Source: an uncultured Gammaproteobacteria bacterium (GTDB lineage Bacteria; Cyanobacteriota; Vampirovibrionia; LMEP-6097). Taken from it: a stretch of DNA of 64,000 nt. The stretch is from positions 1,822 through 65,821 of the forward strand of contig CAZKAT010000006.1 in the NCBI GenBank assembly GCA_964551135.1, given 5' to 3'. Positions 1 to 9,808 of this stretch are shown piece by piece. How positions within the stretch are numbered: the stretch's first letter is position 1; the number at the start of each line of letters is the position of its first letter. The notes below the pieces were generated by a model. That model had not been told where the DNA came from and made no database searches. It was given only the letters and a program-made list of their open reading frames with translations. A program made the translations under genes and the position numbers.

Positions 1-74
1 TTACCTAGCTTAAAGGTTTTGATTAATTTGGAGCTAAGTTTAGCAGCATTGATAGCTAATAGTTCACGCATAAT

Positions 75-422
75 TTATCCTGGTGGCCAAGTATGTGGTC
101 GTCCAGCAAGGAGGTGAACATGTAAATGATGAACTGTCTGTCCGCCATTGTCACCTGTATTAATCACAGTTCTATAGCCCTGCTTAGTAACGCCTAGCTC
201 TTTAGCTATATCTTTTACTGTTAATAGTAATTCTCCGAGTAAAGCTTGATCTTCTAACTGCATTTCATTAAGACTAGCTTTATGTGCTTTAGGAATTACT
301 AATATATGCTCAGGGCTAGCAGCTTTAATATCTCGAAAAGCAATCAGATTCTGGTTCTCGAAGATTTTAGTTGCAGGTATTTCACCTTTCACAATCTTAC
401 AGAAAATACAATCATTATCCAT
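75..422 (-). CDS. hinT: Histidine triad (HIT) nucleotide-binding protein
   Basis: N-terminal DCIFCKI and HLHVHLL histidine triad; C-terminal WPPG. Confidence 0.93.
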   Translation of the reverse strand: MDNDCIFCKIVKGEIPATKIFENQNLIAFRDIKAASPEHILVIPKAHKASLNEMQLEDQALLGELLLTVKDIAKELGVTKQGYRTVINTGDNGGQTVHHLHVHLLAGRPHTWPPG

Positions 423-431
423 AAGTAAATT

Positions 432-1658
432 TTATAATAGATGTCCTAATTTATCTTTCTTAGTATTTAAATATTTTTCGTTATGTTTCTGTGCTGTCGC
501 TTGGATAGGGACTCTGTCAATAATCTCTAAGCCATAACCTTCGATACCATGGATCTTCTTAGGATTATTGGTTAATAACCTGATCTTCTTAAGTCCTAGA
601 TCTGTAAGTATTTGAGCGCCGACTCCGAAAGTTCTCAAATCAGACGGGAAACCTAGTTTCTGATTGGCTTCTACGGTATCATGACCTTCGTCTTGAAGCT
701 TATAGGCTTTAATTTTATTTAGTAAACCTATACCTCTACCTTCTTGTCTAAGATAGACTAATACTCCTAAGCCTTCATCGCGTATTTGTCTTATAGAGCT
801 ATCTAGCTGATCGCCGCAATCACATCTTAAGCTAGCAAATAAATCACCCGTCAAACATTCACTATGCATTCTTACTAGAATGGACTTACCTTCATTACTA
901 GCTTTAGCTACATCACCTAGAACTAAAGCTACATGCTCCTTACCAGAAAGGAAATCCTTATAACCATAGATCTTGAAATGCTCATCGTATTTAGTTGGCA
1001 AGTCAGCGTCTGTAACTCTATGCACAAAACGTTCAGTCTTAAGTCTATAAGCCACTAAATCTGCAATGGTGATAAATTTCAATCCATGTTCTTTGGAGAA
1101 CTTAAGCAAATCATCTCTGCGAGCCATTTCTCCGTTATCTTTAAGAATCTCACAAATAACTCCCGCAGGATTGAGCCCAGCTAATCTTGCTAGATCTACT
1201 GCTGCTTCAGTATGTCCGACCCTTTTAAGTACTCCACCATCTACAGCTCTCAGCGGAAATATATGTCCAGGTCTTCTTAAATCTTGTGGTTTAGTATTGG
1301 GGTCTATTGCTATTTGAATAGTCTTAGCTCTGTCAGGAGCACTGATGCCGGTACTCACACCAAACTTAGGATCAGCATCAATACTGATAGTGAAAGCTGT
1401 ACGCATAGTATCATTGCTTACATCTACCATTTCTCCTAGTTCTAACTCTAAAGTTCTTGCTTTATCTAAAGCTAGGCAGATTAATCCTCTGCCAAATTTT
1501 GCCATGAAGTTTATCATCTCAGGGCTGATTTTTTCAGCTGCACAAATTAGATCACCTTCATTCTCGCGATCGCTATCATCTGCCACTATCACCATACGTC
1601 CGGCTTTAATGTCAGCGATAGCTTCTTCTATGGTATTGAATTGAATTTCAGAGCTCAT
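432..1658 (-). CDS. ribBA: Bifunctional DHBP synthase / GTP cyclohydrolase II
   Basis: DRENEGD, RPGHIFPL, GHTEAAVDL, RMHSECLTGD, CDCG and RQEGRGIGL motifs. Confidence 0.97.
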   Translation of the reverse strand: MSSEIQFNTIEEAIADIKAGRMVIVADDSDRENEGDLICAAEKISPEMINFMAKFGRGLICLALDKARTLELELGEMVDVSNDTMRTAFTISIDADPKFGVSTGISAPDRAKTIQIAIDPNTKPQDLRRPGHIFPLRAVDGGVLKRVGHTEAAVDLARLAGLNPAGVICEILKDNGEMARRDDLLKFSKEHGLKFITIADLVAYRLKTERFVHRVTDADLPTKYDEHFKIYGYKDFLSGKEHVALVLGDVAKASNEGKSILVRMHSECLTGDLFASLRCDCGDQLDSSIRQIRDEGLGVLVYLRQEGRGIGLLNKIKAYKLQDEGHDTVEANQKLGFPSDLRTFGVGAQILTDLGLKKIRLLTNNPKKIHGIEGYGLEIIDRVPIQATAQKHNEKYLNTKKDKLGHLL

Positions 1659-1752
1659 CTATAGTCAATTTTAGCATGAGTAATATGGTCATCTTAACCA
1701 ATTGTTAACCTTGATATGTTTAATTAAAGCATCAGCTGGGGGACAAAAACTG

Positions 1753-1953
1753 ATGAAAAAAACTTTTAATACTAGAGAATTACATAAAGCAGAATTAGAA
1801 TATATGGTAAAGGAATCTTGTGGGGCTTTACTATTAGAGATAGACGAAGACTGTGTTATCAGCGGCATCAATCCAGATTTAGAGGAGATAAGTTTGATGA
1901 ATCAAGCTGACTTCCTAAAGAAAAAAACTACAGAAACTAGGACTGATTCTTAA
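1753..1953 (+). CDS. Small hypothetical protein
   Basis: ORF divergent from ribBA; ATG at 1753 is preferred to the TTG at 1702; no motif recognised. Confidence 0.45.
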   Translation: MKKTFNTRELHKAELEYMVKESCGALLLEIDEDCVISGINPDLEEISLMNQADFLKKKTTETRTDS

Positions 1954-1987
1954 TCTAGGCTTAAGGATAATCTGTTTTACTTTGCTT

Positions 1988-2194
1988 ATGAGTATTGGTG
2001 CTACAGGTCCTCAACAAAAAGATATGCTTGCGCAAATTTTTGCACAACAAAGTGATCCAAGTTTTGGAGTAGCTAAGAAATTTACTACAGCAGCTCCCTT
2101 GGAAGATGCTGCTAAACCCTCACCAAATGGAGGAACTAATAATCCTCCTCGTTTTGGTAAAAACAATGGTGAGAATGTCGACGAGAAAGGCTAG
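1988..2194 (+). CDS. Small low-complexity hypothetical protein (PSFG/PRFG motifs)
   Basis: ORF fills the gap between neighbours; ATG at 1988. Confidence 0.5.
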   Translation: MSIGATGPQQKDMLAQIFAQQSDPSFGVAKKFTTAAPLEDAAKPSPNGGTNNPPRFGKNNGENVDEKG

Positions 2195-2248
2195 AAATTT
2201 AATCTAAGTTTTAACCAAACGATAATAAGGAATTGATTTTATTAAACC

Positions 2249-2563
2249 ATGGAATTTTTTGATGATAGTAGAGATAGTTCAAGAGCATCTACCGGCAACA
2301 TAGATAGCCAAGTAGAACTCGTTACCAGCTTCTTCAGTCATTTCACTGATGACAAAGAACTAGGTTATTACAAATCAATGATAGTGGATCTTTATCGTGC
2401 AATTACTTGTTATCGCATGTACGATAGTCTAGAAGAGTTTATGGCTATTAATCCTGAGCTTAAGGATTGTAGAGAAGATATAGTAGAGCTTTGGCAAGAG
2501 TTTGATAAGTTAAGTGATGAAGAGCTTGCAGACGTAGCACTAGAGCTACTACAGGATATCTAG
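2249..2563 (+). CDS. Acidic hypothetical protein
   Basis: 104-aa ORF with upstream AAGGA; its stop overlaps the convergent cutA. Confidence 0.6.
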   Translation: MEFFDDSRDSSRASTGNIDSQVELVTSFFSHFTDDKELGYYKSMIVDLYRAITCYRMYDSLEEFMAINPELKDCREDIVELWQEFDKLSDEELADVALELLQDI

Positions 2564-2871
2564 AGATTACTAGTAATCCAATTTAAATACTCGGCATTAG
2601 TGTGTTTTAGATCTAAAGCAATTATGCATGGACATTCATAGCTATGAAGTTCTTTTACTCTTGTGGAAAGCTTCTCGTAATTGCCTTCTAGGGTTTTGAG
2701 AATCAACACACTTTCATTATCTTCACAAAGCTTAGCTTCCCAATTATATATAGAATGAATTTGCGGGAAGATATTAGCGCAAGCTGCAAGCTTCTCTGTA
2801 ACTATGGTTCTAGCAATATTCTTGGCTTCGTCAAGATTAGCACAAGTAATATAAACTAAAATCATTTGCAT
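2560..2871 (-). CDS. cutA: Divalent-cation tolerance protein CutA
   Basis: KLAACANI, SIYNWE and HSYECPCII motifs. Confidence 0.93.
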   Translation of the reverse strand: MQMILVYITCANLDEAKNIARTIVTEKLAACANIFPQIHSIYNWEAKLCEDNESVLILKTLEGNYEKLSTRVKELHSYECPCIIALDLKHTNAEYLNWITSNL

Positions 2872-2875
2872 TGTC

Positions 2876-4036
2876 CTAAATCACAAATTTAAATGCTTGT
2901 ACTCTATATATTACAAATTCTGGTTGTAATAGATCACCATTGTTGTCAAATATAGTATTCTCGCCGACTGCCTTAGCAATCTCTTTCGGGTTTTTAAAAT
3001 CATTGGCTTTAATAGCTTCTAAGAGTAACTTAGTAGCTTTATAGCTGGTGCTGACATAGCCTGATATAGGCTTGTGATATTGAGCTTCATATTTTTCTTG
3101 TATTGCCTTAGGTGCTGGAGCAGCTCCTATGATCAAAGCTCCTTCGGAATTGGCTTTGGCGATATTTATAAACTCTTGATGATGTACACCTTCTGAACCT
3201 AAAAATTGAATATTAGGATTTCTCTTCTTAAGATCATTGACCAGGTAACCAGCGTCATTATATTCACCGATAAAGAACACTATATCTGCTTGAGCTTGAG
3301 ATACTTTCTCGGCGATAGCACTATGATTAGATGTTCTTACTGGAATAGTTTGTTGCAGCACTATTTCTTTAGTTGGATCTTTAGCTAATGACTTAGTAAA
3401 CTCAGAAGAGACAGAAACTCCATAAGGTCTGTCATTGTAAAGTACGGCAATTTTTTTATACTTGTCGTTGGCTTTAACGTATGCAGCTGCAACTTCTCCA
3501 AGCTGTGTATCTGTGCCGATAGTGCGATAGACATAACCCTTAACTTCAGGTCTATCAGTTAATTTAGGGCTTGTAGAAGCTGGTGAGATTTCTACAATGC
3601 CAGCCTTAGAGTATTTCTTAGAAGCTTCTATGGATATCTCAGAGTTTAAGTGACCTATAACTCCAAGAGATTTCTGAGCTATAACCAAATCCGCTCTAGC
3701 TAGGGCTTCTGATACTAAACCACCGTCATCAATAATCATGGTTCCAATTTTGTGATTTTTAGTTGCTTCACTTGCATTAAATTCTTCTACTGCAAGATTA
3801 GCTCCTTCTACAATACTGTTGCCAAGTTGTTTATACGGACCAGTAAGGGGAGCTGCTATGGCGATATAATGATTACCATCAATTGTTTGTATTTCTAAAG
3901 TATCTTCTTGATTAAAAGTGTCGTCTTGATTCGGATTATTAGTTGTTGTTTTTTTACTACATGCTGTATTTAATAAAGCAAGAGCACAAATAACAATGAC
4001 TAATATCTTATTTAATTTAAAATTTAGCGATAACAT
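2876..4036 (-). CDS. Branched-chain amino acid (LivK/LivJ-like) substrate-binding lipoprotein
   Basis: Lipobox-like NTAC; APLTGPY, VIGHLNS and ISPAST motifs of the type I periplasmic-binding fold. Confidence 0.85.
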   Translation of the reverse strand: MLSLNFKLNKILVIVICALALLNTACSKKTTTNNPNQDDTFNQEDTLEIQTIDGNHYIAIAAPLTGPYKQLGNSIVEGANLAVEEFNASEATKNHKIGTMIIDDGGLVSEALARADLVIAQKSLGVIGHLNSEISIEASKKYSKAGIVEISPASTSPKLTDRPEVKGYVYRTIGTDTQLGEVAAAYVKANDKYKKIAVLYNDRPYGVSVSSEFTKSLAKDPTKEIVLQQTIPVRTSNHSAIAEKVSQAQADIVFFIGEYNDAGYLVNDLKKRNPNIQFLGSEGVHHQEFINIAKANSEGALIIGAAPAPKAIQEKYEAQYHKPISGYVSTSYKATKLLLEAIKANDFKNPKEIAKAVGENTIFDNNGDLLQPEFVIYRVQAFKFVI

Positions 4037-4091
4037 TAATTACAGTATAGCAAAGCATAAAGGGAGTATTGTTTTTGCTATTATTTTATCC

Positions 4092-4952
4092 ATGGGTTTT
4101 CACTATCACCTACGTAAAATGAAGCATAAAGTTTTGGCTGACAAGACGGTAAGTTATCAACTAAGAGGAGTCGAAAATAAGGATGAGATCCTTGAAGATT
4201 TAAATCAATATCTGGGTAAAAAAATAACTATAGAATATCAAGATCAAATCAACTGTATCGCTTGTGGTCGTAAAACTAATAAAAGTTTCAATCAAGGTTA
4301 TTGTTTTCCATGTCTACAAAAATTAGCTGAATGTGATATTTGCATAGTTAAACCAGAGCTCTGTCATTTTGATGAAGGTACTTGCCGTGATAATGAATTT
4401 GCCGCGGATCATTGTAATATTCCTCATTCATTGTATCTCTCACTCACTAGTGGTATGAAGATAGGTGTCACCAGACAGTTGCAAGAGCAAACTCGTTGGG
4501 TAGACCAAGGAGCTGTTAAAGCTTTACGTTTAATAACTTTGAAACGACGTTACCATGCCGGTTTGCTTGAAGTAGAGATAGCAAAAGATATGGCTGATAA
4601 AACCAACTGGCGTAAAATGCTCAAGAACGAAGTCGATGAAGTTGACCTGATTAAAGAGAAAGAAATTCTCTTAGAGAAAATTAGAAGCATTATTCAGTCT
4701 GGCAAACTATCTGAAGATCTAAGTTATCTTTTAGATGATGTGATGATCCTTGGTGATGATCAAGCTTCTATACAAGAAATAAATTATCCTGTGCTTGAAT
4801 ATCCTAAAAAGCTCAATAGCTTTAATCTCGATAAAGATCCTAAACTAGAAGGCACACTCACTGGTATTAAAGGCCAGTACTTGATTCTAGATACTGGCGT
4901 TATTAACCTAAGAAAGTATGCTGGCTATTTAGTAGAGGTGAAGTTTGGTTAA
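4092..4952 (+). CDS. DUF2797-family protein
   Basis: CIACGRKTNKSFNQGYCFPC, KIGVTR, RWVDQGA and GIKGQYL; start at 4092 chosen from the upstream TGCTATTAT. Confidence 0.85.
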   Translation: MGFHYHLRKMKHKVLADKTVSYQLRGVENKDEILEDLNQYLGKKITIEYQDQINCIACGRKTNKSFNQGYCFPCLQKLAECDICIVKPELCHFDEGTCRDNEFAADHCNIPHSLYLSLTSGMKIGVTRQLQEQTRWVDQGAVKALRLITLKRRYHAGLLEVEIAKDMADKTNWRKMLKNEVDEVDLIKEKEILLEKIRSIIQSGKLSEDLSYLLDDVMILGDDQASIQEINYPVLEYPKKLNSFNLDKDPKLEGTLTGIKGQYLILDTGVINLRKYAGYLVEVKFG

Positions 4953-5137
4953 GAGTACCAACTTCTAACCATTAGATCGATCTTCTTGCAGGCAATAGCA
5001 GCACAGATGCAGCTTAAAGCAAATAGCATAACAGTGCCTAGCGAATAGCCCACATCAGTGAAACCTTCTGACAGTTTAAGTTGTGATGTTGCAGCGACTT
5101 CTAATATAAGCGCAGAAAATAATAGTATCCAAGACAT
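4949..5137 (-). pseudogene. Truncated SMR (EmrE/SugE-like) transporter
   Basis: WILLFSALILEV...LKLSEGF matches SMR TM1 but the ORF is only 62 aa; an out-of-frame WLEVGTL follows; TM3-4 are missing; good GGAG RBS. Confidence 0.75.
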
Positions 5138-5169
5138 GATATAACTCCTTTAAAAGTGAACAAGAATAT

Positions 5170-5291
5170 TTCAATTCTTTTGTTCTTATTGAAAGCGACT
5201 AGCTTTCTTTTTTAATATAGACGACTAAAAACTCTTGCCAAAATGGCTAAAACCAAAGCTACCCAAATGAATTATCAATTCTGATTATCAT
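5170..5291 (-). pseudogene. Decayed remnant of a second (paired) SMR subunit
   Basis: Across frameshifts the minus strand reads M..-WVALVLAILA-E..-LKKKASRF, resembling SMR TM1 plus the LK.S.GF motif; TGG-TACAAT promoter upstream. Confidence 0.4.
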
Positions 5292-5374
5292 AGTATAAGT
5301 TCCAAAAAACTCTTGATATTACTATTGTACCATATTTTTTGTCTTAGTAAACTAATTAATAAGGATATACCTCA

Positions 5375-6742
5375 TTAATTCGCTCTCATCAAGGTAAAAG
5401 TCTTATCACGCATAGCTTTATAGGGGATGGCTAGGGAGATACCACGTACAATTAGAAAGATATGTAATGCAAGCCATAATCCATGATTAGCAAGGAATTT
5501 TGGTAGAAAAATAATTGCCAGAGCATAAATCATAAAAGATAAGATCATCATATTTCTCATGTCACCAGTAGAAGTAGTGCCAGTATAAATTCCATCTAAT
5601 TGAAAACACGCAATCCCTGTCAGTGGCATTAATACCAGCCACGGCATATAAATCATAGCTTCGCATTTAACAGTTTCAATATTAGTGAGGAAGCCTAATA
5701 AGCAATCTCCCCAAAGAAAATAAACTAGGGCAAAGATTAATGCAAACATCAATGCCATGAAACTACTTCGACGAATAGTCAGGTCAAACATACTTAGATC
5801 TTTAGCTCCTACAGCTTGACCAACTAAAGTTTCAGCTGCATTCGCAAAGCCATCTAGCGCATAACTGATAAACCAAAAAAGATTAATAAGAATAGTGTTC
5901 GCTGCTAAAACTAAATCACCTTGACTGGCTCCTGCCGAGGTAAACCATGAAAACGCAGAGAATACTAAAACTGTACGCACGAATATATCACCATTGATGC
6001 GAAATACTTGCTGCAAGTGGCTTTTATGAATTACGCTTTTGAGGAAACTGAAATCTATCTTATTTTGGTTATTGGTGTCAGCAAAATATTCTTTCAATAT
6101 TGGAATCACCAGAATTAGACTAAGAGCAAAAATTAAATAGTTAGAAATTAATGCTGAGTATGCAGCACCCGCAACCCTCCAATCTAAAGTTAATGCCAAA
6201 TAAATTGCCAGTGGAATATTTATGATATTCATCAGTACTCTTAAGATTAAGGCTAATTTAGGACGCTGTATGCCATAGAGCCAGCCGAGCATGACATAGT
6301 TACCTGTTGTGGCAAATGACCCCCATATACGAATATTGAAATATTCTTTAGCTAAACTTTCTACTTCTTCACTACCATTAAGTATTCCAAAAGCAAACCA
6401 ACTGATTAATTGTTGTAGGGCAATCACTATAACACTTAGAATGAAAGCAATTAATAAAGATCTCACGAGTGCAGCAAATACTCCTTCCTTATCACCGCGA
6501 CCGAAAGCTTGTGAAGTAATTCCAGTAGTACCTTTACGTAAAAATGAGAAACTCCAATAGATGCATTGTAAGACTACTACTCCTAATGCGACTCCTCCAA
6601 TATATTTAGGGTCTGACATTCTGCCCATCACTGCAATATTAGTTGCACCTATTAGAGGTACGCATACATTCGCAAGTATAGTTGGCCAGGATAAATCCCA
6701 GATTCTCCGGTAACTTATTTCAGAAGAGGGGAGAACTTGCAT
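5375..6742 (-). CDS. MATE family efflux transporter (DinF-like)
   Basis: About 12 hydrophobic segments; FLRKGTTGITSQAFG and YALDGFANAAE. Confidence 0.92.
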   Translation of the reverse strand: MQVLPSSEISYRRIWDLSWPTILANVCVPLIGATNIAVMGRMSDPKYIGGVALGVVVLQCIYWSFSFLRKGTTGITSQAFGRGDKEGVFAALVRSLLIAFILSVIVIALQQLISWFAFGILNGSEEVESLAKEYFNIRIWGSFATTGNYVMLGWLYGIQRPKLALILRVLMNIINIPLAIYLALTLDWRVAGAAYSALISNYLIFALSLILVIPILKEYFADTNNQNKIDFSFLKSVIHKSHLQQVFRINGDIFVRTVLVFSAFSWFTSAGASQGDLVLAANTILINLFWFISYALDGFANAAETLVGQAVGAKDLSMFDLTIRRSSFMALMFALIFALVYFLWGDCLLGFLTNIETVKCEAMIYMPWLVLMPLTGIACFQLDGIYTGTTSTGDMRNMMILSFMIYALAIIFLPKFLANHGLWLALHIFLIVRGISLAIPYKAMRDKTFTLMRAN

Positions 6743-6792
6743 GTATAAATGCTATCAAAAACATGCTAATCTGAACTTAATCTGTTATATCA

Positions 6793-7905
6793 ATGATAAT
6801 AAAAGCATTAAGATCAAGAGCAATTAATAACCCGATTTTAGGAGCTATATCATCTTTAAAATTAACTGTTCTATGTATATTTTTGCTTGGAGTTTTAATT
6901 TTCTGGGGCACTCTTGATCAAATTGAACATGGACTCTATCTAGCGCAAGAACGTTTTTTTAATTCATTATTTGTCTTTCTTGGTCCGCTACCAATTCCGA
7001 GTGTTCGTATCATTATGTGGGTATTGTTTTTTAATTTGCTTGCAGCGCTTAGTTTTAGATTTAGGTATAGTTTTAAAAACTTAGGATTGGTGATAACTCA
7101 TCTGGGGCTTGTGATCCTCTTGGTGAGTGGGTTTCTTACATTGCATTATAGTCAAGAAACCTTCGTTAATTTATATGAAGGTGAATCAAGTAATATAGCT
7201 TCTGATTATATGAACTGGGAATTAGTAATTATTAAAGAAGAGAATGGCAAGATCAGTAAGTTAAGCATAGATGAGAAGGACCTAGTTCCAGGTAAATCTA
7301 TTGTAGCCGAAGGTCTGACATTGCCTCTTAAGATTAAATCCAAATATATTAATTCACACTATTTCGATACTCCATATGCAGGCAGGATTCTAAAGGAAAT
7401 GCCCTTAGAGAAAGATTATGAGAAGAATATACGCGCTTTGATTTTAGACTGGAATGATTTTCACAGGAAGTCTAATGATGAGATTAAATTACAAGGTGAA
7501 GATGAACCAAACTATAGTTTGAGTTATCAAGGTATCAACTATGCTCTATTACTTAGAAAGAAACAATACAAGCTTCCTTTTATGATTGAGTTAGTGGATG
7601 TAAGTAGAGAATTGCATCCTGGCACAGATAAGGCTAAAAGTTATCAAAGTAAAGTGGTAATTCATGAAAATGATCTTTCTCGTGAATTAACTATATCTAT
7701 GAATAAACCTTTTCGTTCTGGCTTGTACACTGCTTACCAAGCGTCTTTTGGCATGGATGCTGATGGCAAGGAGATGACAGCGCTTGCAGTAGTCAAGAAT
7801 CTTAATTATACTTTGCCATATATTGCTAGTTTGATTTGCTCTTTGGGTTTATTCATACATTTCGGTCAGATGTTCTTAATTAATGTGAGGAAGCGTGATG
7901 AATAG
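6793..7905 (+). CDS. Cytochrome c biogenesis protein, ResB/CcsB-like
   Basis: ISSLKLTV, WGT, THLG heme-ligand His and ISMNKPFR..YQAS; adjacent to ccsA. Confidence 0.85.
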   Translation: MIIKALRSRAINNPILGAISSLKLTVLCIFLLGVLIFWGTLDQIEHGLYLAQERFFNSLFVFLGPLPIPSVRIIMWVLFFNLLAALSFRFRYSFKNLGLVITHLGLVILLVSGFLTLHYSQETFVNLYEGESSNIASDYMNWELVIIKEENGKISKLSIDEKDLVPGKSIVAEGLTLPLKIKSKYINSHYFDTPYAGRILKEMPLEKDYEKNIRALILDWNDFHRKSNDEIKLQGEDEPNYSLSYQGINYALLLRKKQYKLPFMIELVDVSRELHPGTDKAKSYQSKVVIHENDLSRELTISMNKPFRSGLYTAYQASFGMDADGKEMTALAVVKNLNYTLPYIASLICSLGLFIHFGQMFLINVRKRDE

Positions 7906-9808
7906 AAGAAATATACTGCTTATATTAATACTTGTATGCTCTTCATTGACTGTCAGTGCTAAGCAATTAAATCTCAATGAGTTTAAAAAAATAATTATTG
8001 TTGAGCAAGGACGTTTGAAACCTCTAGATACTTATGCTAAGAATCTTGCTCTTAGGTTCTCTGGCAGATCTAAGGTTAATGGGAAGCAGGCTATCTCTTG
8101 GCTTGCAGCTATGCTATTTGATCCAGAGCAAACTTATGATACTAAGATCTTCTTGATTAATAATCCTGAAGTGGTAGAGGCTATTGGTATAGAACCTGAT
8201 GCGCACAGGCGTTATAGTTTTAAGGAGTTAGAACCTGGGATTGCTAAATTACATGAATATGCTGCTAAGGCTATAGGGAAGGAAGAAGCAGATAGAACTC
8301 CAATCGAGAAGGAGTTCTTGCGTATTTTTAATAATTTCCATAATTATATTCAGCTAATTAATAGTTTGCAATTTAATGCTAAACATACTGATTTTAGTGT
8401 TGAGAATGAGGAAACAAGAGCTAAGTTATCACTAAGATATAACGGTAATAGTTTATTCCAGATTATTCAAAAATCTGAACAGTTAGAATTGTTTATGTCT
8501 CAATTTAGCTCTAGATCAGCTAATCAGCTCAGTGAGAGTGATAAAGATATAGTAAAACTAGCATTTAATTTATATCGTTGGATAGAAAATCATCGTTCAT
8601 ATACAGATGCCTTTGGTGTAGAAGATAAACTAGCCCTTATTCCTGTTGAAGCTGAAAGTGGTTCTTCTGTAGAATGGATCTCACCTTGGGAATTGCTACT
8701 CAATTCTCAAGTGGCTTATAAACAAGAATTGTTTGATTTGAATATTATGTATAAGGCTTATAAAGCTAATGATCAAGCAGCTTTCGATAAAATAATTACT
8801 CAGTTTAGATCAGGCATTAATAAAAAACTTATCAAATATAATATTAATCCACCTAAGATTAATACTGAGATTTTTTACAATAATTTGAATCCTTTTGCCA
8901 ATGCTAAATTTCTCTATGGTTTTGCGTTTCTTTGTAGTATGATTGCTACTTTAATTTGGACTAAGAAATTAAATTTAGCAGCCTTGATTTTGCTTTTATT
9001 AGGTTTCTTAGTACATAGTATTGGAATAATAACTAGGATAATAATATTATCCAAGCCACCAGTTACTAATTTATTTGAGACTTTTGTTTTTGTTTCTTGG
9101 ATAATAGTTTTACTCGGCTTAATTATTTATTTCTTAGATCGTAAATCCAATCTGGGATTGATACTTGCAAGTTTCTCTGGCTTGGCTTTATTACTTATAT
9201 CAGGTAAGTTTGCCGCGGATGGTGATACTATGCAGGTGCTTATTGCTGTGCTTAATTCTAATTTCTGGCTTTCGACTCATGTCATCTGTGTCACCATTGG
9301 TTATGCTGGAGTTTTTGCAGCAGGTATAGTAGGACATGTCTATCTTATACAAGAAATTTCTAGAGGTTTTAATAGAACGTCCTCATCACTCACCACTCAT
9401 CACTCACCACTTATTCCAAAGGTTCTTGGCATACTTGGTTTCGGACTTTGCTTTAGTTTTCTTGGTACTATGCTTGGTGGTATTTGGGCTGATCAGAGTT
9501 GGGGACGTTTCTGGGGCTGGGACCCTAAAGAAAATGGTGCTTTATTAATCGTATTATGGTCAGTGATTGTATTTCATGCCAGAATGGCTGGATTAATTAA
9601 AGAAACTGGCATAGCGCTAGCTAGTGTCTTTGGCTGTGTGATCGTTATGACTTCTTGGTTTGGAATTAATTTACTTGGAGTTGGCTTGCATTCTTATGGA
9701 TTTACCCAAGGTGTAGCACTATGGTTATATAGTTTTTATGCTTTTGAGTTTATATTTATAATAGGGAGTATTGTTCTACTTCGCCTGCAATCCAAAATCA
9801 CCAGCTAA
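7895..9808 (+). CDS. ccsA: Cytochrome c biogenesis protein CcsA (long form)
   Basis: WWD motif GGIWADQSWGRFWGWDPKE, GLHSYG, and N-terminal GRLKPLDT. Confidence 0.93.
   Translation: MMNRRNILLILILVCSSLTVSAKQLNLNEFKKIIIVEQGRLKPLDTYAKNLALRFSGRSKVNGKQAISWLAAMLFDPEQTYDTKIFLINNPEVVEAIGIEPDAHRRYSFKELEPGIAKLHEYAAKAIGKEEADRTPIEKEFLRIFNNFHNYIQLINSLQFNAKHTDFSVENEETRAKLSLRYNGNSLFQIIQKSEQLELFMSQFSSRSANQLSESDKDIVKLAFNLYRWIENHRSYTDAFGVEDKLALIPVEAESGSSVEWISPWELLLNSQVAYKQELFDLNIMYKAYKANDQAAFDKIITQFRSGINKKLIKYNINPPKINTEIFYNNLNPFANAKFLYGFAFLCSMIATLIWTKKLNLAALILLLLGFLVHSIGIITRIIILSKPPVTNLFETFVFVSWIIVLLGLIIYFLDRKSNLGLILASFSGLALLLISGKFAADGDTMQVLIAVLNSNFWLSTHVICVTIGYAGVFAAGIVGHVYLIQEISRGFNRTSSSLTTHHSPLIPKVLGILGFGLCFSFLGTMLGGIWADQSWGRFWGWDPKENGALLIVLWSVIVFHARMAGLIKETGIALASVFGCVIVMTSWFGINLLGVGLHSYGFTQGVALWLYSFYAFEFIFIIGSIVLLRLQSKITS
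9379..9413 (+). repeat. Tandem heptamer repeat (STRR-like) inside ccsA
   Basis: GTCCTCA TCACTCA CCACTCA TCACTCA CCACTTA, encoding SSSLTTHHSPL. Confidence 0.7.

Noticed and set aside
1566-1573. HIP1 octamer GCGATCGC
   Set aside because: Only an isolated occurrence was noticed, with no enrichment as in many oxygenic cyanobacteria
5140-5290. Guanidine riboswitch upstream of the SMR fragment (TAG-ACGA-CTA hairpin near 5218)
   Set aside because: The ACGA loop is on the strand opposite the gene and there is only one such hairpin; the region is better explained as a decayed SMR gene
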